Assembly (NCBI RefSeq): GCF_006345805.1
Contig: NC_043026.1
Span: forward strand, 6,138,001 to 6,202,000
Reading direction: 5' to 3'
From: Octopus sinensis
Taxonomy: Eukaryota
Length of the DNA: 64,000 nucleotides
Shown: positions 37,201-50,901 of the stretch, piece after piece
Position numbering within the stretch: position 1 is the stretch's first letter
Layout of the letters: every line of letters starts with the position of its first letter
Made by a program: the position numbers and the translations under genes
Notes under the pieces: generated by a model
Databases searched by the model: none
Told to the model about the DNA's origin: nothing
The model's input: only the letters and a program-made list of their open reading frames with translations

Positions 37201-40200
37201 CTACTACTACTGCTGCTGCTGCTCCGCAGCTGCTGCTGCTGCTGCTGCTGCTACTACTACTACTACTACAATGAGCACTATTACTGCCGCTGCCGCAACA
37301 GCTACCACCACCAACACTATACAATTTAACACACTACAACTACTACTACTACTACTGCTACTGTCCCTGCTGACCCTACCAAACATAACAAAAAGTGTTT
37401 TCCACCATTTTGAAAATACTAAGTTATTTTATTAGTTTTTTTGTTAACGAATAAAGTCTTTTCCCGAAGCATCGTTTGTTTGATTTAACGTTTAATTAAG
37501 ACTGGGACAGCGAAGGCTGTTTGTAAAATATTTTGGTATCGGTTCCAGGATTCTTAGAATATTACAAAGACTTCTGTGGTTAAATGAGTTTTTGGCAATG
37601 CAGCTCTGACAAAGAACATTATCATCGTTTAGCGTCCGCTTTCCATGCTATCATGGGTTGGACGGTTCGACTGGGATCTGGGAAGCCAGAAGGCTGCACC
37701 AGGCTCCAGATGATCTGGCAGTGTTTCTACAGCTGGATGCCCTTCTAACGCCAACCACTCGTGAGTGTAGTGGTGCTTTTTTATGTGCCACCTGCACGGG
37801 TGCCAGGCGAGGCTGGCAACGGCCATTGTCGGATGGTGCATTTTACGTGCCACCGCGGCACGGAAGCCATTCGAGGCGGCACTGGCTCGGCAACGATTCG
37901 GATAGTGCTTTTACGTACCACCAGGCCAGGGGTCCTGGCATCTGCGGGTGCCAGTCATAGGATTGGTTCAATTTCGATTTCGATTTCAATTGGAACGAAA
38001 AAAAGAAATTTTATAAACATGAAACGAATAATGAAATACTTACCTTTGCTCCAAGTGGGTTTGGAACCATCTTAGAGTAGGGAATCAGGGAAAGGGTTCG
38101 ATGTCTCCCAAGGGCAGGTTTCAAAATGTTCGTTAGCTTCATTAATACACAACCAACCAATGTCATATGGGCAACTCTGATGATAGTTTGACACATAAAA
38201 ACGGCGGGCGTCGCTGTATGGCGTCAAAGAAAAGACAGGACATTTTCAATTGTTGGCACTGTTATCTATTTATCTATATTATACTAACAGTATCGCCCGG
38301 CGTTGCCCGGGTTGGTAAGGGAAATAACTATATAAGCATTTTTAGAGAGTTATAGCCAAAAAATAGCAAAAAAATGCATTAAAATGGAAAAAATGATGGT
38401 AAATTTTTTTTTAAATCGTAGACTCATCGTAGACACGCGCTAATACCCAGAAGGGCTCGATATGAATCATGACTATAAGATACCTGCTTTTGGTTAAACT
38501 GCACCGCAAAATGTGGGAGTAGTTAGGAATCTAAATCGTAGGAGACAGACACACAACCTTACTTTTATATATAAAGATTAGGTTGGTGCCTAATTATAGC
38601 GGCTTTTTTTGACAAATTTTATTCAACAAAAACAACAATAACACTTAACAAAACATCTTTAAATGATTATTCCAGAGCATATTCACCCATCTACTTCAAT
38701 TACTGCTTCCCATTTGCTTGGCAGACGGTCAAAACTATTATTTAAAGATGTTTTTGTTAAATATTGCTATTGTTTTTGTTGAATAAAATTTGTTGAAAAG
38801 AAGCCGCAATAATTATGCCCCAACCTAATATACATATGTGTGTGTGTGTGTGTGTGTGTGTTTATATATACATGCTTTGTCTTGAGTTTTATATATATAT
38901 ATATATACTGGGTTTGTGCAAAATGAAGTGAAAATAAAACTTACTTATGTCCAATAATAAAAACTTACCCAAATCCAGCTATGGAGAAATAATTGGTTTT
39001 CCCTACTTGTAGATCACTCCATGGGGAACTTTTCAGCTTGTCAATTGAGAACCAACTTTTAAGGGTTGTATCTCGTCCATCAAACACCATCGTTACCACA
39101 GCTGTTTGGTTTTCGTATAACACGAGTTTCACCTGAAGAGAGGATAAGTCTCTCTTTTATTTTTTTTTTCTCTTTTACTTGTTTCAGTCATTTGACTGCG
39201 GCCATGCTGGAGCACCGCCTTTAATCGAGCAAATCGACCCCGGGACTTATTCTTTGTAAGCCTAGTACTTATTTTATCGTTCTCTTTTTGCCGTAACTTT
39301 TTTAAGTTACAGGGACGTATACACACCAGCATCGGTTGTCAAGCGATGTCGGGGAACAAACACAGACACACAAACATACACACACATATATATATATATA
39401 CATATATATGACAGGCTTCTTTCAGTTTCCATCTACCAAATCCACTCACAAGGGTTTGGTCGGCCCGAGGCTATAGCAGAAGACACTTGCCCAAGATGCC
39501 ACGCAGTGGACCTGAACCCGGAACCATGTGGTTCGTAAGCAAGCTACTTATCACACAGCCACTCCTGCGCCTATATTATAAGTATATTTCATTTTGATCA
39601 AAGGGGTCCCCAGCAGGGGACACCCCACTCCCAATGAAAAATTCTTTCCCATTGATTTAAATTAAACTTAACTCTTTAGCATTTAATCCGGCCATATGCG
39701 GCCCAAATATTCCACCTGTTTTATGTTAAAACTGTCTGGATCCAACCTCTCACGCCTACCCTACAATGTCATTTTAAAAATATATAGCCACACAATTTAA
39801 ATTCTTGAAGTCACAAAATAACATGTGATTAATTCAAAACAGTAGGAATTAAATCAGCAATAAATTTCACAAAGAAGTCTGAATGCTTAAAGGGTTAAAC
39901 AATAGGTAAATGAAGGGAAATGATGCCTGGTCCCAAAATATTGGCATATTTCAATTATATTAAGGCACCCAGAATGGCTGCAGTCAAATGACTGAAACAA
40001 GTAGAAGAATAAAAGAGTATGTATGCAAAAAACTGCCTCTACATACACACACACACATACATATACATACATACATGGTGGCTGCCCCCTCGTTATCGAG
40101 TATGGCCATTGTACGAAGATTAATCAATGTTGTTATCATGCAATGCCTGTGCAAGAAGATTTTTTTTTAAAGTGAGGAAAGGCTGTACACTGAGTCAATC

Positions 40201-42946
40201 CCACTCACAAAGCAACAGCAGTAATAATCCGAAAAGAAGAACAAGTCAACATCATCGGTAGCCACTGAGCCGCAGGTTTTATATCGGAGTTATCCCAGTT
40301 ACCTGAGTTACCTTCTCCTAGAAGGATGCCCTTACGAAGGCTAGGAGTCCTTCACTCCCAATGGTTTTACCACGCGATTCGGTATTCAGTCCAATTATTT
40401 CTATGTCCCCGCGCATGATACAGCTTTAAGGCATTTATTGGATGGCCATTGACTCTCAAGAGTTCCTCCGCCCTTTGACGGGTTTTGTTTTTCATCCCGC
40501 AGGGTGTCCAATAAACACCCTCCTCACCAAGCAAGCTTGGTGGGGTTTAGTCGCCAACGACCCGACCATTCAACAGGTTGTACTGGGTTACATGTTACCA
40601 GTATGTATACATACACACATGCATACATACCTATATATATATGTATACATGCAGAGACCCTGCTTTGGTCATGAATGACCATGGGATTGCACCTAGAAAG
40701 TTACCCTCCAAGGCACAAGTCCAGACAAGGTAGTTTATGGATGACCAGCAGTCACCCATGCACACCAGCCTCCCCTCTCCAAGCCACCAGCGTTATCCAA
40801 GAGAAAGGCAAAGGGGCCGATACAGCTAGGCACCTGTGACATCGCAACTCATTTCTACAGCTGAGCAAACTGGAGCAACGTGAAATAAAGCGTCTTGCTC
40901 AAGAACACAACACGCAGCCCGGTCTGGGATTCGAACTCACAACCTCACGATCAAAAGATCAACGCTCTAACTACTGAGCCATGCACCATCACATATGCAT
41001 ACATACATCATCATCATCATTGTTCGACCGTGGTCGAGACAATGGAATTTACCATGCTACGCCAGACTTCACGGTCCATCATGGCATTACGGAGGTCCTG
41101 TTGCTGGATGCCTGTATCCCTGGAGATTACATCAGGGTAGGAGAGTGTGCGCCCTCTGGTATTGTGAGTAGATGGCTTCCAGGAGGAGAAGAGTAGAAAT
41201 TACCTCTTTTTCAGCTCTACAACAATGTCCAGCAACTGGACTCTCCTACCTTTCACAAGAGATCACAGGTGGTAGTTTCCCATATATTTGCATTTTGGTT
41301 GGATGGCGCTTCCACGAGAGATTTTGAGCTCTCATAAGGAGGCGAGTGTAGGTTCCATTCAACCGCCTCTCAAGCTTCTTTGATAACGTCCAGGTTTCTG
41401 AGCCATATAGTAGAATTGGTTCGACTGTGGCTTTGAAGATTTCAAGTTTGAAGTCTCTACTTAGATTTGATAACCAGGCTGACCAGGCCATACCCTTTCT
41501 AGTTAGAAAGTCTTTTCCAGATGATGATATGTATGACCCAAGATATTTGTAATCAGAAACCATATTTAAGGGCGCATACACACATACATTCACACATACA
41601 CTAATCCATACATACATAATAGACACATACACTCATATCTGTTAAATTTCTTCATGGTTAATGCCTCAGAATGCGCCCTTAAAAGCCCCTATACTTTTTG
41701 CTGTTGGCAACCATCTGTTCTTCCCATCTTCCAGTGTAATCCTATGGAATGCTTATTTATGTGGAACTCTTTACAGCTTAGGATAAATAGAAGAACAACG
41801 GTAATGACTTGTAGACGGACAGTTACGGGATTTATTAATGTATATACACCTCTCTCTCTCTTTTACTCTTTTACTTGTTTCAGTCATTTGACTGCGGCCA
41901 TGCTGGAGCACCGCCTTTAATCGAGTAAATCGACCCCAGGACTTATTCTTTTGTAAGCCCAGTACTTATCCTATCGGTCTCCTTTGCCGAACCGCTAAGT
42001 GACGGGGTCGTAAACACACCAGCATCGGTTGTCAAGCAATGCTAGGGGGACAAACATACACACACAGATATATATATATATATATACATATACACGACAA
42101 GCTTCTTTCAGTTTCCGTCTACCAAATCCACTCACAAGGTTTTGGTTGGCCCGAGGCTATAGCAGAAGACACTTGCCCAAGGTGCCATGCAGTGGGACTG
42201 AACCCGGAACCATGTGGTTGGTAAACAAGCTACTTACCACACAGCCACTCCTGCGCCTATATATATATATATATAATATATATGAAAGCAATGAATATAA
42301 AAATGACTGGTGTTGCGAATAACCGCCCGACTGAATAGAAATCCCTTATACACATCACAAACAGTAATGGATTAAAATAGCTATTTATGTATCATATTGA
42401 AAACAAATACAAAAACAGGCAAATTTAACTGTGGCATTCTTCAAGAGAATATATACAGAATCAGAATAGGTGTATACATACCTCATCAATCGGAAGTTCG
42501 TTCCAGATATCAAGCAGAGGGTGTCGGAAAAAATTCGGACAATAGCCACCAACGCATTTGTCCACGTTCCATGTTGAAGGATCGCCTTTTTTTAATATGG
42601 AATCATAGATTAACGATTTTGCCCCCTTTGATATGGCATAGGTTTTAATCCATTCACTGCCTGAAATAATAATAATAATAACAATAATAATGATGATGAT
42701 GATGATTATGATGATAATAATAATAATAATAATAATAAGAAGAAGAAAGAAGAAGAGAAGAAGAAGAAGAAGAAGAAGAAGAAGAAGAAGAAGAAGAGGA
42801 GGGGAGGGGGAGGGGTGGGAAGAAGAAGAAGAAGAAGAAGAAGAGGAATAATAATAAGAAGAAGAAGGAGAGGAGGGGGGAGGAGGAAGAAGAAGAAGAG
42901 GAATAATAATAATAATAATAAGAAGAAGAAGAAGAAGAGAAGAAGA

Positions 42947-42981
<35 letters not shown>

Positions 42982-43328
42982 AGAAGAAGAAGAAGAAGAG
43001 AAGGAATTGCAATAAAAATAATGCTTCACTTACTTCTATAGTAGGACATCTCATTCTTGTCCTGTCCACTGCTGACCGTCATAATATTTTTGGGTGAGTA
43101 ATTCTTACAAGTACGGTTGACTTTGTTGTAAGTAAAGAATTCCGATTGACTGTTTAGAGCGATGAGAGAACATTCCAGAAGACTTCGGCTTGGGTAGAAT
43201 TTCTCTGTTGGAGGAGTCTGGAGATAAGTATAGGAGTAACCAGGACCCAAAGAGTTGTAGAAGGCTTCATCGAATTCCTGATTCGAGGAAACGGTCAGAA
43301 TCGTTGCAAGGATTAGAAGCAACAGCAT
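33839..43328 (-). CDS. Paralogue C: same secreted family, about 294 aa, 3' type T2 (3' exons duplicated across the assembly gap)
   Basis: Exons 43328-43034, 42660-42482 and 39132-38969 are intact. Exon 4 is present twice (38213-38044 and 35230-35057) with complementary single-base errors. Exon 5 is intact at 33912-33839 and damaged near 37010-36935. Merging the two copies gives an open frame. Confidence 0.75.
36706..36805. other. Assembly gap (100 N) with overlapping duplicated contig ends (33709-36705 repeats as 36806-39695)
   Basis: Run of 100 N. The flanks are direct copies with single-base indels that become more frequent toward the gap. Confidence 0.9.
41018..41560 (-). mobile_element. 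RTE-clade LINE 3' fragment in gene C intron 2
   Basis: FKATVEPILLYGSETWTL...LLMRAQNLSWKRHP, same 3' tail as 13855. Confidence 0.8.
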
Positions 43329-43435
43329 TTTTGGTTTTGACTGGAATGGGAGAAGTAAATTGGAACACTTTCGTTTTAGGATCATCAGAGAGTGTGAGAG
43401 AGAGTGGGAGAGAGAGAGAAAGAGAGAGAGTGTGT

Positions 43436-43466
<31 letters not shown>

Positions 43467-44559
43467 GCAGAGTGAGAGGGGGGAGAAAGAAAGAGGAGTT
43501 TGTAAAATTTGTCTTATACTCTTTTACTTGTTTCAGTCATTTGACTGCGGCCATGCTGGAGCACCGCCTTTAGTCGAGTAAATCGACCCCAGGACTTATT
43601 CTTTGTAAGCCTAGTACTTATTCTATCAGTCTCTTTTACTGAACCGTTAAGTTACAGGGACCTAAACACACCAGCATCGGGTGTCAAGCGATGCTACGGG
43701 GACAAACACAGACACAAAAACACACACAAATATATACATACATATATACGACAGGCTTCTTTCAGTTTCCGTCTACCAAATCCACTCACAAGGCTTTGGT
43801 CGGCCCGAGGCTATAGTAGAAGACACTTGCCCTATGGTGCCACGCAGTGGGACTGAACCCGGAACTATGTGGTTGGTAATGTTTTTTCACGAAACACACA
43901 TCTCACCTCAAAGGAATTTACATAAAACAGAGAAAAAAACAACTCCCCACCCCAAAAAAAAAAACAATGACAAAAGATAAACACATAAAGTGGCATAGCT
44001 GTGTGGTTAAGAAACTCACTTAGAAACTTTGGGGTTTTGAGTTCAGTCCCACTCCACAGCACCTTGGGCAAGTATTTTGACTCTAGCTCCAGGCCGAACA
44101 ATGCCTTGTGAGTGGATTAGGCACACGGAGATTGTGTGTGGAATCCCATTGAATATATAAATAATAAAAATCACAATCTTATGCCCTTGAGCGAGACCAA
44201 CGTGTTACCTGCTACACCATACAACATTGGTTTTCAACCAGGGTTCCGCGGAACCTTAGGGTTCCGCTAGTACAGTCCAGGGATTCCGCAAAAAGTTACA
44301 AAAATGCAAAAATCGGCAGTAATTTTTAATTCTCCTGTGCAGATATGTGTGCATAAAACTATTAAATTATTGCACAGGGGTTCCTCAAGCTAGTGGAATG
44401 TTTCCTTGGGGTTCCACTCCAGCAAAAAGTTTGAAAAGCACTGCCATACAAGATAATCCCAAATCCAAGCCTCACACATAAAGACATAGACACACACACA
44501 GCATTCACACATGCACACACGCACACAAAATAAGTGGGAGATTATGAAACAGCCCTTAC

Positions 44560-44880
44560 CTTTGTTGGTTGACGAAACAGGCAGCACCTGTGTGTTTAGT
44601 GGTCAACTGAGGCACAGACGTCAGGACTGTCCCCTATTACTGTCCAGTAATGTCCACTGCTCGAACAACCGTCCACTTTTATTAGTAATGTCCACAAATA
44701 TAAAGACTGCCTACAAATCTCAATATTATCCCCTGCTTCCAAAATTACGACAGAGGTCAGCACTCTCTTTGAATACCAAGACAGAGCTCAGGTTCTCGGA
44801 CTGTCTGTTGATAGCAGCTATGATCCCTGCTGTAACTAACGTCCAATGATATGAAAACTGTCCACAATTGTCCAGTAAAG
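44560..44880 (-). promoter_or_regulatory. Probable promoter / non-coding first exon of gene C
   Basis: Same donor at 44560/44559; acceptor at 43341/43340. Confidence 0.55.
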
Positions 44881-45116
44881 GCCACTGGTATTCATACTAT
44901 TCACAGAGATGATTGTTCACTCAAGATATTATAACCCAACAGAAAACAAAAGGACCCATGGTTTGTTGTAAAGTTATTGTAACAAGGCACGTTTCATTGA
45001 ACGCACTGGGTAGATGGACAGCTCTGTGATCAATAAGGTAATGTTTGTTTTGTTATAATTTTGGTGGTGGAGATAGTATTGTTGTGGTATATAGTTGTAT
45101 ATAGTTGTCTAAGAAT

Positions 45117-45177
<61 letters not shown>

Positions 45178-46087
45178 TATACAGGGGTTGGACAAAATAA
45201 TGGAACACCTAGCATCATAATTTTGAAATATCTATGAAACCGTCAAAAGCTTGTTTATTTTTATGTTTTTTGATTTGTTATTAGTGTTGACTGTCCGTTG
45301 ATAGCTGCTATGATCCCTGCTGTAACTAACGTCCAATGATATGAAAACTGTCCACAACTCTCCAGTAAAGGCCACTGGTATTCATACCGTTCACACGGAT
45401 GATTGTTCACTTACGATATTATTACCCAACAGAAAACAAAAGGACCCATGGAAACTGTCCACAACTGTCCAGTAAAGGCTGCTGGTGTTGATACGGTTCA
45501 CACTCATAATTTTCCAGTTCAAATACTCTTTTGTACTCTAGATAGATTTTTTAATTGAATTATCGGTGATTCTTAATTATAACAATTTAAATAAGCCCAC
45601 ACATACGGACACATTTACATACACACACACATATGTATTTTAATGGGTTTTTTTTTACATATATCATTGAACTATTGCATACACATGCACTAACATGCAT
45701 GCATCGTGTCCTTGAGGCCTTTGATGCAAACGTCAAAAAGGACTCACCTGACAAACACATCAAAGGCATGTCAGAACCAGCAGGTAAGAATTCTCATTTG
45801 CACCTATTGTCAAAGGTGCATTAGGTTATGTACCAACGAGTTTACACAAAAACCAAGAAATATTCGGTTTCATGGAGGAAGAGCAAAAGAAACTGATATG
45901 GATTCTCCAATGTATTTAATATAGGCGCAGGAGTGGCTGTGTGGTAAGTAGCTTGCTAACCAACCACATGGTTCCAGGTTCAGTCCCACTGCGTGGCATC
46001 TTGGGCAAGTGTCTTCTGCTATAGCCCCAGGGCCGACCAATGCCTTGTGAGTGGATTTGGTAGACGGAAACTGAAAGAAGCTCGTCG

Positions 46088-46125
<38 letters not shown>

Positions 46126-46224
46126 CGTGTGTGTGTTTGTGTGTCTGTGTTTGTCCCCCTAGCATTGCTTGACAAATGATGCTGGTGTGTTTACGTCCCC
46201 GTCACTTAGCGGTTTGGCAAAAGA

Positions 46225-46867
46225 GACTGATAGAATAAGTACTGGGCTTACAAAGAATAAGTCCCGGGGTCGATTTGCTCGACTAAAGGCGGTGCTCCAG
46301 CATGGCCACAGTCAAATGACTGAAACAAGTAAAAGAGTACAAGAGTAAATCTAGTTTATTAGTGGCACAGTGAAGATCTGTAAAACATTCCAAAGATTAT
46401 CCATCAGAGGTTCTTATGTGAATAGATGTATACATTTGGATGTACACATTGACAGTTCAACCAAAACACAAACCCAACCACATATTCACAGACACTGGGA
46501 AATCTTTTAAGTCAAAAAGTCCAATCAATGGCACAGTGAAGATCTGTAAGACATTGCAAAAATTCTGCATCTGAGATTCTTATGTGAATAGATGCCCACA
46601 CTCTGCAAACTTAAAGGTTTTTTTCACTTTGTTAGAGACCGGCTTCAATTTTCTCAAGATGAACTTCAATTAAGCTCAAAGAAAAATCATACATACATAG
46701 ATGCATACATGTATATATATGTATACATACATACATTCATACATACATACACACAAACATATATACATTCATACATATATACATAGATACATGCATGCAT
46801 GCATACATACATACATGCATGCATGCATACATACATACATACCTACATACATACATACATACATTAT

Positions 46868-46900
<33 letters not shown>

Positions 46901-47100
46901 ATATATAAAATCAAAATTACCAACGGGATATCAAGAGTAATGCAGTACGACCGTTTCAAGCAGCTCCGTTTAATTAAACAATGCAATCATTACATCAAGT
47001 TAAATGCAATGCCATCTTCAGCTGCACAAATAAATAAATGGAATTTTAACAAGTAGGACACATTAATATCATTTTTCCTAAATATTTTAACAGAGCTAAA
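46225..47100. repeat. Segment duplicated in inverted orientation at about 31517-32345
   Basis: GCCATCTTCAGCTGCACAAATAAATAAATGG..., the (ATAC)n tract and the SINE end all match as reverse complement. Confidence 0.9.
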
Positions 47101-48348
47101 AGATGGAAGAAATCCATTTTGTTGCTATTGTAGCTAAGAATAGACTACAACGTCTAAGAATTGAATGGGGCATTGTGGGGTCATAGGGTCGTAAGGGTTG
47201 TAAATCATTTCTAACTCATTTATCTCTTTATCAACTACTAAATCTAAGACTAGGACACGATGGCTGTGTTGAATAAAGGACAAGAGGAATTGACAGCTCA
47301 TGGCTAGGTTTGGTCATAAATATTATCATATGTATCCCTTTATATGATATTGAATGTCCCATAACCGGGTTTTTGTCTCTTGAAGAAAGGACAGTTTCCT
47401 CTGAGGGGACAAAGAGAAAAGAATTGATTGCCGCAACTTCAGAGGAATCTCTTGGTGAATATAATTGGGAAGGTCTTCGGTCGTAAGGTCCTAACCAGTT
47501 TGTAGAAAAGCGTCGAAAGGGTAAACCCTGAATAAACTGACTAAATCAGCAACAATGAGGTATTGAATTGCAGGCTGCATCTTCATCCGACGGCAACAAC
47601 GTTTCCTCCGATGCTTGCAACTCGTACATTGCATATCTGATGGGAGGATCGCAAAAGAACCCCCTCTATGGGGAACTGCACTCCATTAAAAACCCATTTT
47701 CTCAGGATGTGTGGCTGGCAAGAAATGAGGATGAAACTTCTAACCTTTATGATCACGGTGGAGTCCTTAAATAACTGATCATAAACATTAAATGGCGGTG
47801 CCCCAGCATGGCCACAGCTAGTGAGCTGAAACTAGATAAATAAAAAAAAAATTAAAAATAAAAAATTATTCGTGTGGGCGTGAGTGGAAAATTTACAAAT
47901 GGGTAAAAATCTACAATATCGAATGGGGTACCATTACTCTATCCCTAAAGAGATTGGCTTTGTACAGTCACCGGAAGTAACTTGCACGGACACCGGAAAT
48001 TCATCTGCCATCACCAGAGAAAACAAAGCAACTACCCCCAGCGACTTGCCTGACCTTTCATTGGACAAAAGCTACCTACCTGCCATTCTATTGGACACTG
48101 ACTAAACATCACTGCTGATATTTTTGTATAAATAGACATCATAAATCGCTGTAAAACCAGTTGGCTTTTTGGCACTCGACCGATGTAAATCGTGTCCCTC
48201 TCGCCTGCCACGCTCGCCACTCACGGCGCCTCGAACCTTTGTACTGCTATTTCACGCCTGAAATAAATCCATGTATAAACTTACACCTCTTGTCTGCTCG
48301 TCCTTTCAACTACTGCTTTCGTCTGTCCAGTTTTGCTGATTACGACCA

Positions 48349-48740
48349 CAGTCCTTTTCAGGGCTAATTCAAGTCTGATCTGAATGCGATAACAGTCCTT
48401 TTTAGGACTATTCTTAGATCGGATCTAATTGCGATAACCGTCCTTTTAAGGGCTACCCTTGAATGCGATAACAGTCCTTTTAGGACTACTCTCAGATCCG
48501 ATCTAATTGCGATAACCGTCCTTTTAAGGGCTACCCTTGAATGCAATAACAGTCCTTTTTAGGACTATTCTTGGATCGGATCTAATTGCGATAACAGTCC
48601 TTTTAAGGGCTACCCTCGAATGCAATAACAGTCCTTTTTAGGACTATTCTTGGATTGGATCTAATTGCGATAACCATCCTTTTAAGGGCTACCCTTGAAT
48701 GCAATAACAGTCCTTTTTAGGACTACCCTCAGATCAGACC
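48349..48740. repeat. Higher-order tandem repeat of alternating about 45- and about 33-bp related units
   Basis: CAGTCCTTTTTAGGACTATTCTTRGATCGGATCTAATTGCGATAAC alternating with CGTCCTTTTAAGGGCTACCCTTGAATGCRATAA. Confidence 0.92.
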
Positions 48741-48789
48741 AGAAGTAGTGGCCAAGAATTATACCCGCTACAGCTTTATACCATGTGAT

Positions 48790-49090
48790 AGGGAAGATGC
48801 GTGGCTTAGCGGTTCGTGTATCTCGCTCATGATCATAAGGTCGAGTGTTCGATTCCCAGGGCTGCATTGCGTCCTTGAGCAAGACACTTTAATTCATGTT
48901 ACTGCAGTTGAATCAGCTGGCAGAAATAAGTAGTACCTGTAATTCACAAGGGGCCAGCCTTGTTACATTCTATGTCATGCTGAATCTCCTTCACAAATAC
49001 GTTAATGGTATGCACGTCTGTGGAGTACTCAACCACTTGCAAGTTAATTGCACGAACAGAGTTTTCCTTTGATCAGATCAACTGGAATCG
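48790..49090 (+). mobile_element. Further tRNA-like SINE; similar reverse copies at about 3270-3500 and 40660-40985
   Basis: GTGGCTTAGCGGTT...GTTCGATTCCCAGGGCTG...TCCTTGAGCAAGACACTT. Confidence 0.6.
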
Positions 49091-49099
49091 ACTTAGTGC

Positions 49100-49704
49100 C
49101 AGGATAAATCATAAGATGACCCTCCCCCCACTGATATTGCGCCAAAGATAGTAGTGGTTTTCAGATTGGGGCCCTCTCGTGAAATCTGGCTTTGTGCAGC
49201 TCCTAGCAAACAGTTTTTGTGGAAACTGGGTTCTCAAAGTGGTCATTAAGCTCTGCAGTAATTTTGGGAGCTGTACTTTTGTGATCCTTTCTAGCAATTC
49301 ACGTAAGAGTCCGACAGTCCCTATCTGAAAGTTTTGGTTTTCTTCCAGAGTTCTGTTTCAACGAGGAGGTTTTTCCCTCTTTCTCAGAGGCTGTCATTAC
49401 TTTCATGACGGTACTTCTTGATACACCAAACATTTCGGCTGTTTTCATTACACTAGCGCCTGCCATACGAGCACCAGCAATTTGTCCTCTTTGAAAGTCC
49501 AATAGATCTGTCATTTTAATGAATTTTAATTATCTTTTTCTGATATCTGAAAAGAAACAGCAATTTTAGCGAAACATATTAAGCAACACTAATAATAAAT
49601 AAAAAAACTTAAAAATAAACAAGCTTTTGACAGTTTTATAGATATTTCAAAATTATGATGCTATGATGCTAGGTGTTTCCATTATTTTGTCCAACCCCTG
49701 TATA
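49100..49704 (-). mobile_element. 5' part of a Tc1-like transposon; its terminal about 110 bp is also at 45180-45290(+)
   Basis: DFQRGQIAGARMAGAS...FGVSRSTV...NSGRKPKLSDRD; terminus TA-CAGGGGTTGGACAAAATAATGG. Confidence 0.8.
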
Positions 49705-49745
49705 TGTGTATATATATATATATGATGATGATGATGATGATGTAT

Positions 49746-49776
<31 letters not shown>

Positions 49777-50039
49777 GGATTCTTAGACAACTATATACAG
49801 AATGATATAGACACTATATACAACTATATACCACAACAATACTACCTCCACCACCAAAATTACAACAATACCTTATTGATCACAGAGCTGTCCATCTACC
49901 CAGTGCGTTCAATGAAACGTGCCTTGGTACAATAACTTTACAACAAACCATGGGTCCTTTTGTTTTCTGTTGGGTTATAATATCTTGAGTGAACAATCAT
50001 CTCTGTGAATAGTATGAATACCAGTGGCCTTTACTGGAC

Positions 50040-50349
50040 AATTGTGGACAGTTTTCATATCATTGGACGTTAGTTACAGCAGGGATCATAGCTGCTATCA
50101 GCGGTCAGTCCGAGAACCTGAGCTCTGTCTTGGTATTCAAAGAGAGTGCTGACCTCTGTCATAATTTTGGAAGCAGGGGATAATATTGAGATTTGTAGGC
50201 AGTCTTTATATTTGTGGACATTACTAATAAAAGTGGACAGTTGTTCGAGCAGTGGACATTACTGGACAGTAATAGGGGACAGTCCTGACGTCTGTGCCTC
50301 AGTTGACCACTAAACTCATAGGTGCTGCCTGTTTCGTCAACCAACAAAG
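50040..50349 (+). promoter_or_regulatory. Probable promoter / non-coding first exon of gene D
   Basis: Same donor at 50349/50350; acceptor at 54023/54024 (3.7-kb intron). An in-frame TAA upstream of the junction makes the exon non-coding. Confidence 0.55.
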
Positions 50350-50406
50350 GTAAGGGCTATTTTATAATCTCCCACTTACTTTGTGTGTGTGTGTATGTTT
50401 GTGTGC

Positions 50407-50438
<32 letters not shown>

Positions 50439-50507
50439 ATGTGTGTATGTGTGTGTGCATGTGTGTATGCGTGAGAGAGAGAGGGAGAGTCTGTATGTGT
50501 GTGAGTG

Positions 50508-50547
<40 letters not shown>

Positions 50548-50901
50548 ATGTGTGTATGTGTGAGAGAGAGGGAGAGTCTGTATGTGTGTGAGTGCTGTGT
50601 GTGTGTGTGTGTGTGAGTTCATCTATGTCCATGTGTGTGTTTGTGCATATGTAAAGTGTTAGAGTTGGGGTCACGGTGTAGGGGTTTAACTGATAAAGTG
50701 CTGGGTTCGCTCACGGTCATAAGCTTATGGTTTCCGAATCAAGCAATGCATTGTGCTCTTGAGCAAGGTTCTTCGTTTCCACCGTACTTCACTCCACTCA
50801 CCTGAAAACTAATTACAAGTGATAACTGGAGGAATGTCCACTCCCGTGAAGGACTGGTGTCCTGTACAACAGGTGACCTTCACAAGGCAGTCTTCTAATC
50901 T

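Larger units (their letters stand above)
32350..39575. repeat. Inner inverted-repeat arm (gene C 3' half), includes the gap-associated duplicate
   Basis: Reverse complement of 24430-28790. Confidence 0.85.

Noticed and set aside
48349-48740. CRISPR-like appearance of the hairpin-containing repeats
   Set aside because: No unique spacers, no cas genes, eukaryotic context.
45180-49704. One 4.5-kb Tc1 element bounded by inverted termini at 45180 and 49704
   Set aside because: Both are the same 5' end, and the flanking DNA is duplicated with them as part of the C/D upstream inverted repeat.
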